A DNA stretch of 64,000 nt from Clostridia bacterium (GCA_017411605.1 JAFQPR010000009.1:13814-77813), one strand, 5' to 3'. Shown: positions 26,228 through 37,119, counted from the stretch's first letter. Program-made: numbers and translations. Notes: generated by a model from the sequence alone, not told the origin.

Positions 26228-27523
26228 TTAATTATTTTCTATAAGCTTGATGAGCTCGGAAAGAGCTGTGTTGAGACGCTCGCCGTCATCCTCCACGATC
26301 ACATCGGGAATTACGCCGACGTCGTTGAAGTTTTCACCCGAGGGCGGATTGTAAAGCGCTGTGGTAAACGTGAGGCTTGAGCCGTCATTGAATTCGTATG
26401 TGCTCTGCATAACGCCTTTTTTATAGGTGGTTACGCCGATAACAGTACTTTTCAGAAGTCCCATATCGTTGTAATCTCTCATAGCTGCGGTGAAAAGCTC
26501 TGCCGCGGAAGCGCTGGTTTCGTTACATATAACGACTGAGGGAACCTTAAGTGTGTGATCGTCTGTTTCAAAAATTCCGCCGTTCGTAGCATTTATAGGT
26601 GCTTTTGAGCTGGAAAACGAGGCTATCGGCGTTCCTGTCGGAACAAGGTAAGAGAGTATATCCGTGACCGCGGTAAGATAACCGCCGGGATTGCGTCTGA
26701 CGTCAAAAATAATTCCTTTGACGTTTGCTTCTTCAAGGGCGTTTATCGCTTTGAAGAATTGAGATGCGGTATTTGCCTTAAAGCTCGTGATTTTAACGTA
26801 TCCAACGTTTTCCTCTTCCATTACAGAGTAAGAAACGGTGGTTTCCGTGATTTTCGCGCGGACCATAGTAAAGCTTATCTCTTCTCCTGCTCGGTCTATC
26901 GTGACCGTAACCTCGGTGCCTTCCTCTCCTTTGATCATATTTACCGCTTCGAGAGTTCCGATATCCAAAACTCTCTTGCCGTTTACGGCAACTATATAAT
27001 CGTCCGGAAGAATGCCTGCACCGAACGCGGGCGAGCCGGGCTCAACGCTGTTGACAAATATGGTCTTTTCGAGATCGTTCCTGAGAACTGAAACGCCGAT
27101 TCCAACAAAGCTTCCGCTCATATCACCGGTGTATTCCTCAAATTCCTCGGGACTCCTGTAAAACGCGTACTTATCACCAATAGTATATATATAACAATCT
27201 ATTAATGAATATGTTACTTCCGTTATCGACGTGGGATCTACCTCGGAACAAAATTCAAAATATGCCGCTTTTGTTCCTTCTGCCAGCGTTTCATTGTCAG
27301 GCAGTTTTTTGTAATACATGCTTACAAAGCAATTTTCTACGGAAGCGAAAACTTTTTTGTCAAACTCCGGAACATCCTCCATGGCGCCAAGCCTTGAAGA
27401 TACCGAATTCGGGTCAAGCATCGTATCGTTTGGAATAATTCGATAGCACGATGCTAAGCTCGAGAATACAAGTATAAGAACGAGAATTGTGGAGAGTGTG
27501 CGCAGTTTTATTATTTTTATCAT
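26228..27523 (-). CDS. S41 family C-terminal processing peptidase (PDZ-containing), probable lipoprotein
   Basis: PDZ region (GSPAFGAGILPDDYIVAVNG). S41 blocks IFDVRRNPGGYL and NETSASAAELF. Start placed at MIKIIKLR.. (AAAGGTG RBS) with lipobox LASC. Confidence 0.88.
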   Translation of the reverse strand: MIKIIKLRTLSTILVLILVFSSLASCYRIIPNDTMLDPNSVSSRLGAMEDVPEFDKKVFASVENCFVSMYYKKLPDNETLAEGTKAAYFEFCSEVDPTSITEVTYSLIDCYIYTIGDKYAFYRSPEEFEEYTGDMSGSFVGIGVSVLRNDLEKTIFVNSVEPGSPAFGAGILPDDYIVAVNGKRVLDIGTLEAVNMIKGEEGTEVTVTIDRAGEEISFTMVRAKITETTVSYSVMEEENVGYVKITSFKANTASQFFKAINALEEANVKGIIFDVRRNPGGYLTAVTDILSYLVPTGTPIASFSSSKAPINATNGGIFETDDHTLKVPSVVICNETSASAAELFTAAMRDYNDMGLLKSTVIGVTTYKKGVMQSTYEFNDGSSLTFTTALYNPPSGENFNDVGVIPDVIVEDDGERLNTALSELIKLIENN

Positions 27524-27659
27524 ATACACCTTTAGTATTCGCATGATTTTACCCTGCATCGCAGGAAATGCGTCGCATCTCGCTTTCTGCTGAGCAGGGC
27601 AACAATTAAAACCTGTTTATAGATTTTATCAAACAGTCTTTAAAAAATCTGTCGAATTA

Positions 27660-28745
27660 TCAGAATTTGGTGGGCTTGCTCGTAAGATATTTCTTAACCA
27701 TGAGCGCTACCTTGAAGGTGACTGCGTGGTCAAACTCACGAAGATCAAGTCCTGTAAGCTTTCTGATCTTCTCAAGTCTGTATACGAGTGTGTTTCTATG
27801 TACGAAGAGTTTTCTTGAGGTCTCGGAAACGTTAAGGTTGTTTTCGAAGAAGCTTTGAACGGTCATAAGCGTTTCTTTGTCGAGCGACTCAAGCGAGCCT
27901 TTTTTGAATACTTCCTGAAGGAATATCTCGCAAAGAGTGGTGGGAAGCTGATAAATAAGTCTTCCAATACCGAGATTTTCGTAGGACATGATGGGCTGCT
28001 CGATGTCAAATACCTTTCCTACCTCAAGCGAAATTCTTGCTTCCTTATATGCTTTTGCAAGATCCTTAAGATTTTCAACTATAGATGAGATACCGATGAG
28101 CGCTTTTGCTCCGTATTCGTCGTGAGCGACCTTGAGAATGTCCTTGGCAAATGCTTCGAGCTCCTCACCGCCTTCGCTTCTGTCTACCTCTTTAACGATT
28201 ACAATATCCTGCTCGCTGATGCTGATAACGTAATCCTTTGTACTTTCATCAACGATATTCTGGATGATCTCATAAGGAGGAGTATCGGTTGAACCGTGGA
28301 ATTTTATTACGAGAACTGCGCGGCAATCATCATTGTTGAAATGAAGCTCGTTGGACTTGATATAAATATCACTCGGAAGAATGTTATCAAGAATTATATT
28401 CTTAATGAACGATCCTTTGTCGTACTTCTCGTCGTAAAGGCTCTTGATGTTACCGAGCGCGATTGCAAGTAGTTGAGTTACTTTGTCTGCCTCGGAGTCT
28501 GTACCCTCTGCGAAAGCGATACAGTCATTCTTGCCGGAAGCTGTTATAAAACGGTAGGAGTATCCTTCGTAGCATATAGAACCGTGAGAGAAGGTAAGCT
28601 CCTCGCGGATTCGCTGTCTTGATTCGCCTATTTTACCGAGTTCGCTGCAAGCGATAATGATTCCGTTTTCGTCGATCACACCAATGGTACGCCCAAGGAT
28701 ATCCTTCATCTGGTGGATGACAGTTTGGAATAAACGGTTAGACAT
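27660..28745 (-). CDS. PucR/CdaR-family transcriptional regulator
   Basis: C-terminal PucR-type HTH (NVSETSRKLFVHRNTLVYRLEKIRKLTGLD) and a CdaR-like N-terminal sensor region. Confidence 0.85.
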   Translation of the reverse strand: MSNRLFQTVIHQMKDILGRTIGVIDENGIIIACSELGKIGESRQRIREELTFSHGSICYEGYSYRFITASGKNDCIAFAEGTDSEADKVTQLLAIALGNIKSLYDEKYDKGSFIKNIILDNILPSDIYIKSNELHFNNDDCRAVLVIKFHGSTDTPPYEIIQNIVDESTKDYVISISEQDIVIVKEVDRSEGGEELEAFAKDILKVAHDEYGAKALIGISSIVENLKDLAKAYKEARISLEVGKVFDIEQPIMSYENLGIGRLIYQLPTTLCEIFLQEVFKKGSLESLDKETLMTVQSFFENNLNVSETSRKLFVHRNTLVYRLEKIRKLTGLDLREFDHAVTFKVALMVKKYLTSKPTKF

Positions 28746-28914
28746 ATTTTATCCCCTTTCAAATATTAACAAGTACGTTTTGTTTATACTGTACTATATT
28801 CTAACTTATTTTTTAGCATTTTTCAATAGTTTTTTCAAAAAAGTTTTATTTTTCACCAAAAAAAATACAATTTTTTTGTAAAGTTTGTATTTTTATCGGC
28901 TCAAAGTAAAAAAA

Positions 28915-29652
28915 TTATAGCTCAAAACGGTATGAAATTGCCGATAAGCAGTAGTCGGGAGCGGTTTCGCATCTCAAAATTCTCGGTCCGAGATTTGCGA
29001 GCAGAAGACCTGCATTCTTTGCCATATCGGCTTCCGCGGGGGAAAATCCTCCCTCACAGCCGACAACTACGGAAATTGTTTTCGGAGGTTCCGATTCGTC
29101 ATCGAGTATTTGCTTGAGAGATAAAGTGCCTTCACCTTCGTAACAGAATATGCCGAGCTCGCATTCCGCCGCAAGCTCGAGGGCTTCCGCATAGCTCAAC
29201 GGAAGCGATACCTCGGGAAGAATTGATCTTCCGCACTGCTTTGCGGCTTCTTCCGCGATTCTGACGAGCCTTAAGGTGCGTTCCGCAGCTTTCTCTGCCT
29301 TTGGCTTTTTTATACATCTTGAGGATTCGAAGGGGATTATTCTTGATGCTCCGAGCTCTACCGCCTTTTGAATAACGGTTTCCAGCTTGTCCGATTTTGG
29401 GTATGCCATAAACAAAGTGATTTTTGATTTCGGCTCTCGGCGCGAAAGCTTTTTTTCTATAATTTCGCAGTCGCAGCGGTCATCGCGTATTTTTGTGAGA
29501 GAAGAACGGTACTCTCCGCCTTCACCGTCGCAAACGGTTATCTCGTCACCTACCGCCATTCTGAGTGACCGAGCTATATGTCTTGCATCATCTCCGAGTA
29601 TAAATATGAAGTTATCTCCGATCTGCGATTTGTCAACAAAAAATCTAGGCAT
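28915..29652 (-). CDS. rsmE: 16S rRNA (uracil1498-N3)-methyltransferase
   Basis: MPRFFV.. N-terminus with PUA-like plus SPOUT layout, directly downstream of prmA. Confidence 0.88.
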   Translation of the reverse strand: MPRFFVDKSQIGDNFIFILGDDARHIARSLRMAVGDEITVCDGEGGEYRSSLTKIRDDRCDCEIIEKKLSRREPKSKITLFMAYPKSDKLETVIQKAVELGASRIIPFESSRCIKKPKAEKAAERTLRLVRIAEEAAKQCGRSILPEVSLPLSYAEALELAAECELGIFCYEGEGTLSLKQILDDESEPPKTISVVVGCEGGFSPAEADMAKNAGLLLANLGPRILRCETAPDYCLSAISYRFEL

Positions 29653-29653
29653 C

Positions 29654-30574
29654 TCAAGCTCCTCTTTTTATCATCATAGCAACCCAATCGTTTTCGCGTT
29701 CAATACGGACAACGCCGTACCCGTGCGCTGCTGCGGCAGATTTTATGTCATTCTCTCGCTCGGCAACTATTCCCGAAAGGATTATGGGAGCTTCGGGAGA
29801 GAGATAAGCGTGAATATCGGGAAGCATCCTTATAATTATATCCGCAACTATGTTCGCAACACAAAGATCGTAGCCGCCAGCTTTCTTTTCAACTCCGCGG
29901 AGAAGGTCTGACGTTCCAACGGTGATATTGTCGCAACCTGCGATTTTTGCGTTTTCTTTTGCTACCTTTACCGCCACAGGGTCGATATCGTACGCGTTGC
30001 ACTCTGCAGCTCCGAGTTTTGAAGCGGTTATGGCAAGTATACCCGAGCCGCATCCCACGTCAAGCACGCGTTCGCCGCCGCATACAACGTCTTGCATTAT
30101 TTTCATAACGAGTCTGGTCGTTTCATGCGTACCCGTGCCAAACGCCATACCGGGGTCAATCTTAATTATGACTTCGCCCTCCGAGGCGTCGTAATCCTCC
30201 CAAGCGGGTACTATCGTAACTCTTCCGAGCTTTATAGGCTTAAAATATTTTTTCCAGGAATCAGCCCAGTTTTCCTCTTCCATTCCTTCGATCTCTTTTT
30301 CAAATGAAATCGATAGGGAAGAGAGCTTAGCGTCAATGAACGCTATATATTCCGAAAGGTTTTTTTCTTCGGGAACGAAAATGGATATTCTGGCTTTTGT
30401 TTTGTCCGCGTGAAGTATAGAATCGTCAACGAGCTCTCCGTACATTCCGTTTAAGGAAAAATCGCTGTAATCCTCAATCATAAGACCGTTGTCAAGCATG
30501 CTGATTACTGCGCTTGCGCGGTCGAGGTCTTTTGTGCGTACCACTATTGTTAATTTAGTCCAAATTCCTGCCAT
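29654..30574 (-). CDS. prmA: Ribosomal protein L11 methyltransferase
   Basis: DPGMAFGTGTHETT and VLDVGCGSGILA motifs. Confidence 0.9.
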   Translation of the reverse strand: MAGIWTKLTIVVRTKDLDRASAVISMLDNGLMIEDYSDFSLNGMYGELVDDSILHADKTKARISIFVPEEKNLSEYIAFIDAKLSSLSISFEKEIEGMEEENWADSWKKYFKPIKLGRVTIVPAWEDYDASEGEVIIKIDPGMAFGTGTHETTRLVMKIMQDVVCGGERVLDVGCGSGILAITASKLGAAECNAYDIDPVAVKVAKENAKIAGCDNITVGTSDLLRGVEKKAGGYDLCVANIVADIIIRMLPDIHAYLSPEAPIILSGIVAERENDIKSAAAAHGYGVVRIERENDWVAMMIKRGA

Positions 30575-31518
30575 TTCACATCTCCTGATATTGCTAAAGC
30601 TCTATTTTTGTCAATATTTATTTGCATTATAAGTTCTTCTGCGCTTGAAAAACGTTTTTCATCGCGCAAATGAGCAATAAAATATATTCTGACATTTTGG
30701 TCGTAAAGATTGCCGTCAAAGTCGAGAATGAACGTTTCTATATGCGCTTTTCTTTTTTCAAACGTAGGGCAAGAGCCGATGTTTGTCAGAGCGCGGTATA
30801 TCTTGCCGTCGATTTTTATTGCGGTGAGGTAAACTCCGTATGGGAGAATAAATCTTTCTATCGGCAGCTCCGTGTTAATGGTTGGAATGCCAAGGCTTTT
30901 ACCAAGCCCCAACCCGTGTGAGACCTTTCCACTTAAAAAATAAGGCTTTCCAAGCAGAACTGCAGCTTCTTTCAGCTTTTTTTCGGAGAGCAAAGCTCTA
31001 ATGTACGATGATGAGAGCGTTTTGTTTTCATAGAGGTATTCGTCGAAAATTTTCGCTCCTCTTCCGGCGTTCATCATAAAGCGGCGAAGATCGTCCGAAT
31101 TGCCCGACGCGTTTTTACCGAATCTGAAATTGAAGCCCGATATTGCTACACGTGTATTTAAAGCGCTGACGAGAAAGTCTTTAACAAAATTTTCGGCGGA
31201 TATATCACGGAATACAGAAAAATCGGCTATTATCGCGCAGTCCGCGCCGCATTCTTCGAGCAGCGATAGTTTTTCATCGTCGGTGAACAGCCTTTTTGCA
31301 GAAGCCTTCAACTCGTTCGTGTCTCCGAAAAAGGTGAAGACCGTCAGCGGGAGATCTTGTTGATTTGCGATTTCTTTTGCTTCACTGATCAGGGCTCTGT
31401 GGGCAATATGAACTCCGTCAAAAAAACCAAGCACCGTAACCGTACCGAGTGGGGCAAAAGAACGGTATTCGTCAAGCGAATCTGTATAGCTGCTTTGCGT
31501 GACTCTGATGATTTTCAT
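30550..31518 (-). CDS. ribF: Bifunctional riboflavin kinase / FMN adenylyltransferase
   Basis: GFFDGVHIAHRAL (FAD synthetase) and a C-terminal riboflavin-kinase block. Start moved to MKIIRV.. (GGAAAGGAGAAAG RBS) at 31518. Confidence 0.9.
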   Translation of the reverse strand: MKIIRVTQSSYTDSLDEYRSFAPLGTVTVLGFFDGVHIAHRALISEAKEIANQQDLPLTVFTFFGDTNELKASAKRLFTDDEKLSLLEECGADCAIIADFSVFRDISAENFVKDFLVSALNTRVAISGFNFRFGKNASGNSDDLRRFMMNAGRGAKIFDEYLYENKTLSSSYIRALLSEKKLKEAAVLLGKPYFLSGKVSHGLGLGKSLGIPTINTELPIERFILPYGVYLTAIKIDGKIYRALTNIGSCPTFEKRKAHIETFILDFDGNLYDQNVRIYFIAHLRDEKRFSSAEELIMQINIDKNRALAISGDVKWQEFGLN

Positions 31519-31728
31519 CTTTCTCCTTTCCGACGCTTTGTCTTGACACAAAAATTTATCGCCCGAAGCCGAGCGATAAACCAATAATCTTAATTATTAT
31601 TATTTTAGCATTTTGAAAGAAAAATGTCAATAGCGTACTTTTGTCTTTTTACAGAAGAATAACTTTGTTATCTTTCACAAAAAGTGTTGTTTATCTTTAA
31701 CTAATTTTTTTATAATAAAATATTTTAT

Positions 31729-31757
31729 TTGACAAAATAATATTAGTGTGGTAAAAT
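31729..31757 (+). promoter_or_regulatory. Sigma-A type promoter for the MFS gene
   Basis: TTGACA (31729-31734), 17-nt spacer, TAAAAT (31752-31757). Confidence 0.5.
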
Positions 31758-31816
31758 TGCTTTGGCAATTATGTGATTTACATTTTGCCAAAATTCCACA
31801 AAGAAAGGTTTTCACT

Positions 31817-33100
31817 ATGAAGCTTAATTACAAACGCACGATACTCGTAGGCTTCGCGTTCTTCCTTATAAGCGCGTTCTGGCAGGCTTACGACACCATC
31901 GTTCCTCTTATCCTTACGAATAAATTTAATATGGAACAGGATATTTCCGGCTTTATTATGTCGCTTGACAATATTTTTGCCGTAGTTCTTCTTCCGATAT
32001 TCGGTACGCTTTCGGACAAGACAAGAACACGCTTTGGCAAAAGAACTCCTTACATTACCTTGGGTTGTATATTCGCTTCTGCATTCTTGATAGTTCTCGG
32101 ATATACCGGATCTCTTGCCTGGTTCATCGTTCTGCTGCTTGCGTGCCTTCTTTCTATGGCTACGTTCCGTTCTCCTGCGGTAGCGCTTATGCCTGACGTA
32201 ACAGTTAAGCCGCTTCGCTCTAAGGGTAACGCGATTATCAATTTGATGGGAACCGCAGGCGGTATGCTTGTTCTTGGGCTTGGTATAGTATTCAAGACTA
32301 ACACCGCGGGCAAAACCGATTTCTCCGCTTACCTCATTTCTGTCAGTGTGGTTATGGTTGCTGCGCTTGTTGTATTTTTATTTACCGTTAAAGAACCGCT
32401 TTGGTCATCTGAGGCTGAGGCCGAGAATGCAAAGCTTGATGAAGAAAAGAAGGCTGAGGAGATTCCCGCTGAGCCATTCAGAAAGCTTTCTCGCGGTGAG
32501 ATTACTTCGCTTATCCTGATTCTTGCATCGGTTGCTCTTTGGTATATCGGTTACAATGCCGTTACTTCAAAGTATTCGGTTTATGCTACAGAGGTTCTTA
32601 AGGTACCTTATACCGTAACGCTTCTTGTTGCTCAGGGGGCCGCGATAATTTCTTACATTCCAGTAGGTATCGTTGCTTCAAAAATAGGAAGAAAGAAGAC
32701 TATTCTTGCAGGCGTAACTATGCTTACGGTTGCGTTTGCTGCCGCTTCCTTCATAAAAGAGGGAACCGCTCCTATCGTGATGTATATCCTCTTCTGCCTT
32801 GCAGGTATTGGTTGGGCAACTATTAACGTTAACTCCTTCCCCATGGTTGTTGAACTTGCTAAGGGTGGCGACGTCGGAAAGTATACGGGATTCTATTACA
32901 CCGCGTCTATGGCAGCTCAGATAGTAACACCTACGTTGTCGGGAATACTTGTTAAACATATGGGATGGTGGATATTCTTCCCATACGCAGCCGTCTTCGC
33001 GGGACTTGCATTCGTTACTATGTTCTTCGTTAAGCACGGAGACGCAAAGCCTGAGACCCAGGGCGCTCTTGAGGCTCTCGCGGGTGCAGATGACGATTAA
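31817..33100 (+). CDS. MFS transporter
   Basis: 12 predicted TM helices in two six-helix halves separated by a charged loop (EAEAENAKLDEEKKAEE). Start at the ATG at 31817. Confidence 0.82.
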   Translation: MKLNYKRTILVGFAFFLISAFWQAYDTIVPLILTNKFNMEQDISGFIMSLDNIFAVVLLPIFGTLSDKTRTRFGKRTPYITLGCIFASAFLIVLGYTGSLAWFIVLLLACLLSMATFRSPAVALMPDVTVKPLRSKGNAIINLMGTAGGMLVLGLGIVFKTNTAGKTDFSAYLISVSVVMVAALVVFLFTVKEPLWSSEAEAENAKLDEEKKAEEIPAEPFRKLSRGEITSLILILASVALWYIGYNAVTSKYSVYATEVLKVPYTVTLLVAQGAAIISYIPVGIVASKIGRKKTILAGVTMLTVAFAAASFIKEGTAPIVMYILFCLAGIGWATINVNSFPMVVELAKGGDVGKYTGFYYTASMAAQIVTPTLSGILVKHMGWWIFFPYAAVFAGLAFVTMFFVKHGDAKPETQGALEALAGADDD

Positions 33101-33116
33101 TTACTTTGAGTTTATG

Positions 33117-33158
33117 ACGGCTCGTCCGCTTCGGCGAGCGAGCCGTTTTGCATTTCTT
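33117..33158 (+). terminator. Imperfect hairpin / partial terminator between the MFS and GDPD genes
   Basis: ACGGCTCGTCCGC-ttcg-GCGAGCGAGCCGT (2-nt internal mismatch) followed by TTTGCATTTCTT. Confidence 0.35.
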
Positions 33159-33174
33159 ATAGAAGGTAAAAAAT

Positions 33175-33999
33175 ATGTTAGCACTTTATATTTCTATTCC
33201 GATAGTTGTTATTCTCGGAATATGGCTGTTTCTTATAGCTCCCGGAAAAAACAAAAGAATGGATCGGTTTAAAACTGTAAAATACGCTCACAGAGGTCTC
33301 CACGGTACCGTTGATGCGGATACCTTTGCGGCAGAAAATTCGCTGACGGCGTTTGCCCGCGCGGTGGATCACGGCTTTGGTATTGAGCTTGACGTTCACG
33401 TGACTTCCGACGGAGAGGTAGTCGTTTTCCATGATAATACTCTTGACAGAGTAACAGGTGTGTCCGGTAGTGTTAAGGACTTTACGCTTGACGAGCTTCG
33501 TAAGCTTTCCCTTTCGGGAACGGAAGATGCCATCCCAACGCTGCGCGAGGTTCTTGATCTTGTTGACGGTAAGGTTCCGCTTCTGGTCGAACTTAAGGAA
33601 AGCAATTTTAATCATGCGATATCCGAAAAAACAGCGGAGATCCTTAAAGACTACAAAGGCGAATTTATAGTTGAGTCCTTCAGTCCGTTCGCTTTTGGAG
33701 CTATAAAGGAGAAAAATCCCGGCGTACCGTGCGGCTTTCTTGTGCATAAGTATACGGAAAATAAGAAGTATCGCGCCATTAAGTATAGACTCATGCAGAG
33801 ATTTTTGTTTAATTTTGTTGCAAGACCTTCCTTTATTGCTATGGATCACAAAAATCCTAAGCTTTTTCCCATAGGGCTCATCAAAAAGCTTTTCGGAACG
33901 CCTTTGATCGCGTGGACGGTACGTTCGAAGGAAGAGGAAGCTACGGCTTATCAAAACGGATTTTCGGGCGTGATATTTGAAGGATATCTTCCCGAATAA
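33175..33999 (+). CDS. Glycerophosphodiester phosphodiesterase family protein with N-terminal TM helix
   Basis: HRGLHG..ENSLTAF..GIELDVHVTSDGEVVVFHDNTLDR (GDPD catalytic blocks). Confidence 0.85.
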   Translation: MLALYISIPIVVILGIWLFLIAPGKNKRMDRFKTVKYAHRGLHGTVDADTFAAENSLTAFARAVDHGFGIELDVHVTSDGEVVVFHDNTLDRVTGVSGSVKDFTLDELRKLSLSGTEDAIPTLREVLDLVDGKVPLLVELKESNFNHAISEKTAEILKDYKGEFIVESFSPFAFGAIKEKNPGVPCGFLVHKYTENKKYRAIKYRLMQRFLFNFVARPSFIAMDHKNPKLFPIGLIKKLFGTPLIAWTVRSKEEEATAYQNGFSGVIFEGYLPE

Positions 34000-34019
34000 G
34001 TTTATTAAAGGAATATTAA

Positions 34020-35144
34020 ATGAAATTACAACTTGTTGCAACCTGTCTTTTCGGTCTTGAGCATTTGCTCGGTGAAGAAATAGATGCGCTCGGATACGAG
34101 CGCATCTCAACTATAGACGGTAGAGTGACCTTTCTCGGTGACGAGCAGGCAGTTGCTCTTTCGAACGTATTCTTGAGATACGCCGAAAGAGTGCTCATAA
34201 AGGTAGGCTCGTTTGAAGCGCGAAGCTTTACAGAGCTTTTTGACGGAACGTATGAGCTTCCGTGGGATAACTTTATCGGTAAGCTTGATGCTTTTCCCGT
34301 AAAGGGGCATTCGATAAAATCCGATCTTCACTCTATCCCCGATTGCCAGGCTATTATAAAAAAAGCAATAGTTAAGAAGCTATCTTCGATATACGGCATA
34401 ACGCTGTTTCCAGAAGAGCGCGTCAAATATCAGATAGAGTTCTTTATTCTCAATAACGAAGCAACTCTAATGATAGATACGAGCGGTATGCCGCTTCATA
34501 AGAGGGGGTACAGAAAAGAATCCAACGATGCTCCCATAAGAGAAACGCTTGCAGCGGCTATTGCGAAAACGTCGAGACCGAGAGAAGAGGTGCTTCTCTG
34601 GGACCCTATGTGTGGCAGCGGTACTATCGCTATTGAGGCTGCGATGCTTATGAATAATATTGCGCCGGGTAAATCGAGAGGCTTTGCCGCCGAGAGCTTT
34701 CCTTTCATTAAGCGGAGCCTTTGGGCGGATGCGAGAGAGGAAGCAATTGAAGGTGAGATCAAAAGCGGATTTGAGGTGTTCGCCTCGGATATTGATCACG
34801 CTTGTATTGAACTTACAAAGAAAAACGCAAAGCTCGCGGGAGTATCGGATACGGTTACGTCGTTCGTCTGCAACGCGCTCGATATTGAAGCTCCGGGAAG
34901 ACGCGCAACGATAGTTACGAACCCACCTTACGGCGAGCGTCTTATGAGCATATCGGACGTTGAGCAGCTCTATCGCAAGATGGGTAAGCATTTCAGATCG
35001 CTTGAGCCTTGGCAGGCTTATATCATAACCTCTCATAAGGGCTTTGAAACCTTCTACGGCAGGCGAGCCGACAAGGTAAGAAAGTTATACAACGGTATGA
35101 TACCGTGTTATCTTTATCAGTTCTTTAAAAATCAGAAAAAATAA
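34020..35144 (+). CDS. THUMP-domain class I SAM-dependent RNA methyltransferase (RlmL/YpsC-like)
   Basis: N-terminal THUMP region, DPMCGSGTI SAM motif and NPPYGERL catalytic motif. Confidence 0.85.
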   Translation: MKLQLVATCLFGLEHLLGEEIDALGYERISTIDGRVTFLGDEQAVALSNVFLRYAERVLIKVGSFEARSFTELFDGTYELPWDNFIGKLDAFPVKGHSIKSDLHSIPDCQAIIKKAIVKKLSSIYGITLFPEERVKYQIEFFILNNEATLMIDTSGMPLHKRGYRKESNDAPIRETLAAAIAKTSRPREEVLLWDPMCGSGTIAIEAAMLMNNIAPGKSRGFAAESFPFIKRSLWADAREEAIEGEIKSGFEVFASDIDHACIELTKKNAKLAGVSDTVTSFVCNALDIEAPGRRATIVTNPPYGERLMSISDVEQLYRKMGKHFRSLEPWQAYIITSHKGFETFYGRRADKVRKLYNGMIPCYLYQFFKNQKK

Positions 35145-35219
35145 TTTGCCGGTCATAAATGTCCGTGTATTTAAGCATTTGTCAACAATAAACAATTATA
35201 TATTAGTGAGGAAAGAAAA

Positions 35220-36998
35220 ATGAATAACAATGTTTGTCCGAGAGCTGAATATCCGCGTCCGAATCTCGTACGTGAGGATTGGCTTTGCCTTAACGGTGAG
35301 TGGGATTTTGAAATAGATCATTCCGTCTCGGGAAGTGAACGAGATTATCAGATGGGATATGAGTTTACCAAAAAGATAATCGTACCCTTCTGCCCCGAGA
35401 GCAAGCTTTCGGGAATAGGCAATACCGATTTTATGAATGCCGTATGGTATAAAAAGAAGATAACTCTGCCGAAGGAGTATGAGGGGAAGAAAATAATATT
35501 ACATATTGGTGCGTGCGATTGGAAGACGACCGTTTACGTTAACGGAAAGAGGACGGTTTGCCACCAGGGCGGATACACTCCAATCCGCGTTGATATTACC
35601 GATTATCTCCATGACGGTGAGAATGTTCTTGCAATAGAAGCCGAGGATGACGTTCGCTCGGGAAAGCAGATCGGCGGTAAACAGTCGCAGCGTTATGCAT
35701 CGCGCGGATGCTACTACACACGTACTACGGGAATATGGCAGACTGTATGGATCGAAGCTCTCGATTCTGCTCATATTGTAAACTATGGCGTGCATTGTGA
35801 TATAAATACACCGTCTGTAAGCTTTGACGTTGAAGTGACCGAGGCTGCGTTTGGAAAGAATATTTCCGCTGTTGTAACATATGAGGGACGCAAGGTCGGA
35901 CGTGGTAATACAACAATCCTATCGTCGTCTGCGCATCTTGATATCGCGCTTTCCGAAAAGCATCTTTGGGAAGTTGGAGAGGGAAGACTTTACGACGTTA
36001 AATTTGAAATTACAGACAACGGCGCTGCGCTTGATTCTGTTTCGGCATACTTTGGCCTTCGTTCGGTAAGAATCGGCAAGGACGGCTTCTTCCTTAACGG
36101 TAAATACGTATTTATGCGTATGGTTCTCGATCAGGGCTTTTATCCCGACGGAATTTATACCGCGCCCACAGATGAGGCTCTTAAGCAGGATATCGTAGAT
36201 TCTATGTCGCTCGGATTCAACGGCGCAAGACTTCACGAAAAGGTGTTTGAGCCGCGATTCCTCTACTATGCGGATAAGCTTGGTTATATGGTATTCGGCG
36301 AGGCAGGAAACTGGGGCTGGAATCACAGCGACGCCGAAAACATTTATACATTCCTTCCCGAGTGGATAGAAGAGATAGAGAGAGATAAGGCGCACCCATC
36401 TGTTATAGGCTGGTGCCCCCTCAACGAAACGTGGGACAGACCCAACGGAAGCCGTATGCCCGAAAAAGCGATAAGACTTATTTATGATATGACTCTCGCT
36501 AAGGATGATACGAGACCCGTTATAGCGAATAGCGGATTCGTTCCTTATTACGATATGTACGGTAAGTCTCTCGGAGCTGCGTTTGATGTTCATGATTACA
36601 CGCAGGATCCCGCGGCGTTTGCAAAGGTATTCGATGAATTGGATAAGGGAATTATCAAGGATCAGCTTTACAGAAATCCTTTATACAATAAGCGTCAGAT
36701 ACTCGATACCTCGAAGAGCATATTCGTCAGCGAATACGGAGGAATCGGTTGGGTAGAGAACGGCGATGGTTGGGGCTACGGAGCTTCCGTTAAGACTAAG
36801 GATGAATTCATAGAACGACTTGAAGGTCTTACCGCTGTTCTTCGTGAAAATCCGTATATCTGCGGTTTCTGCTATACTCAGCTTTATGACGTTGAGCAGG
36901 AAAAGAACGGAATTATGACCTATGAGCGTGAATTTAAATTTGACAAAAAGGTTATTCACGATATCTTCGCCGCTCCCTCGGTTAAGGAAAGAAAATAA
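35220..36998 (+). CDS. Glycoside hydrolase family 2 protein
   Basis: GH2 sugar-binding N-domain (EDWLCLNGEWDF), NGARLHE TIM-barrel block, and WCPLNETW acid/base region. Confidence 0.82.
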   Translation: MNNNVCPRAEYPRPNLVREDWLCLNGEWDFEIDHSVSGSERDYQMGYEFTKKIIVPFCPESKLSGIGNTDFMNAVWYKKKITLPKEYEGKKIILHIGACDWKTTVYVNGKRTVCHQGGYTPIRVDITDYLHDGENVLAIEAEDDVRSGKQIGGKQSQRYASRGCYYTRTTGIWQTVWIEALDSAHIVNYGVHCDINTPSVSFDVEVTEAAFGKNISAVVTYEGRKVGRGNTTILSSSAHLDIALSEKHLWEVGEGRLYDVKFEITDNGAALDSVSAYFGLRSVRIGKDGFFLNGKYVFMRMVLDQGFYPDGIYTAPTDEALKQDIVDSMSLGFNGARLHEKVFEPRFLYYADKLGYMVFGEAGNWGWNHSDAENIYTFLPEWIEEIERDKAHPSVIGWCPLNETWDRPNGSRMPEKAIRLIYDMTLAKDDTRPVIANSGFVPYYDMYGKSLGAAFDVHDYTQDPAAFAKVFDELDKGIIKDQLYRNPLYNKRQILDTSKSIFVSEYGGIGWVENGDGWGYGASVKTKDEFIERLEGLTAVLRENPYICGFCYTQLYDVEQEKNGIMTYEREFKFDKKVIHDIFAAPSVKERK

Positions 36999-37119
36999 TA
37001 ATCCGTAAGAAAAAATTTTAAAGATATTTGATATTTATTAATAGCTTTTTCATAAAATAATGCTAGAATATGATTGTAAACCAAATTCGGCAAACAATTT
37101 ATCAAATATCGGAGGAAAT

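Noticed and set aside
30550-30574. 25-nt overlap between the ribF 3' end and the prmA 5' end as a possible regulatory oddity
   Set aside because: The prmA start at 30574 fits the conserved PrmA N-terminus, and short overlaps are common in compact operons. Nothing else is unusual here.
33178-34110. 310-aa ORF on the minus strand overlapping the GDPD gene
   Set aside because: It is antisense to a CDS with clear GDPD catalytic motifs. Its translation is Arg/Lys/Phe-rich with no recognisable motif, so it is a shadow ORF. The same reasoning applies to 22123-22797, 35919-36593, 44051-44728, 45309-45698, 61644-62399, 141-587 and 786-1268.
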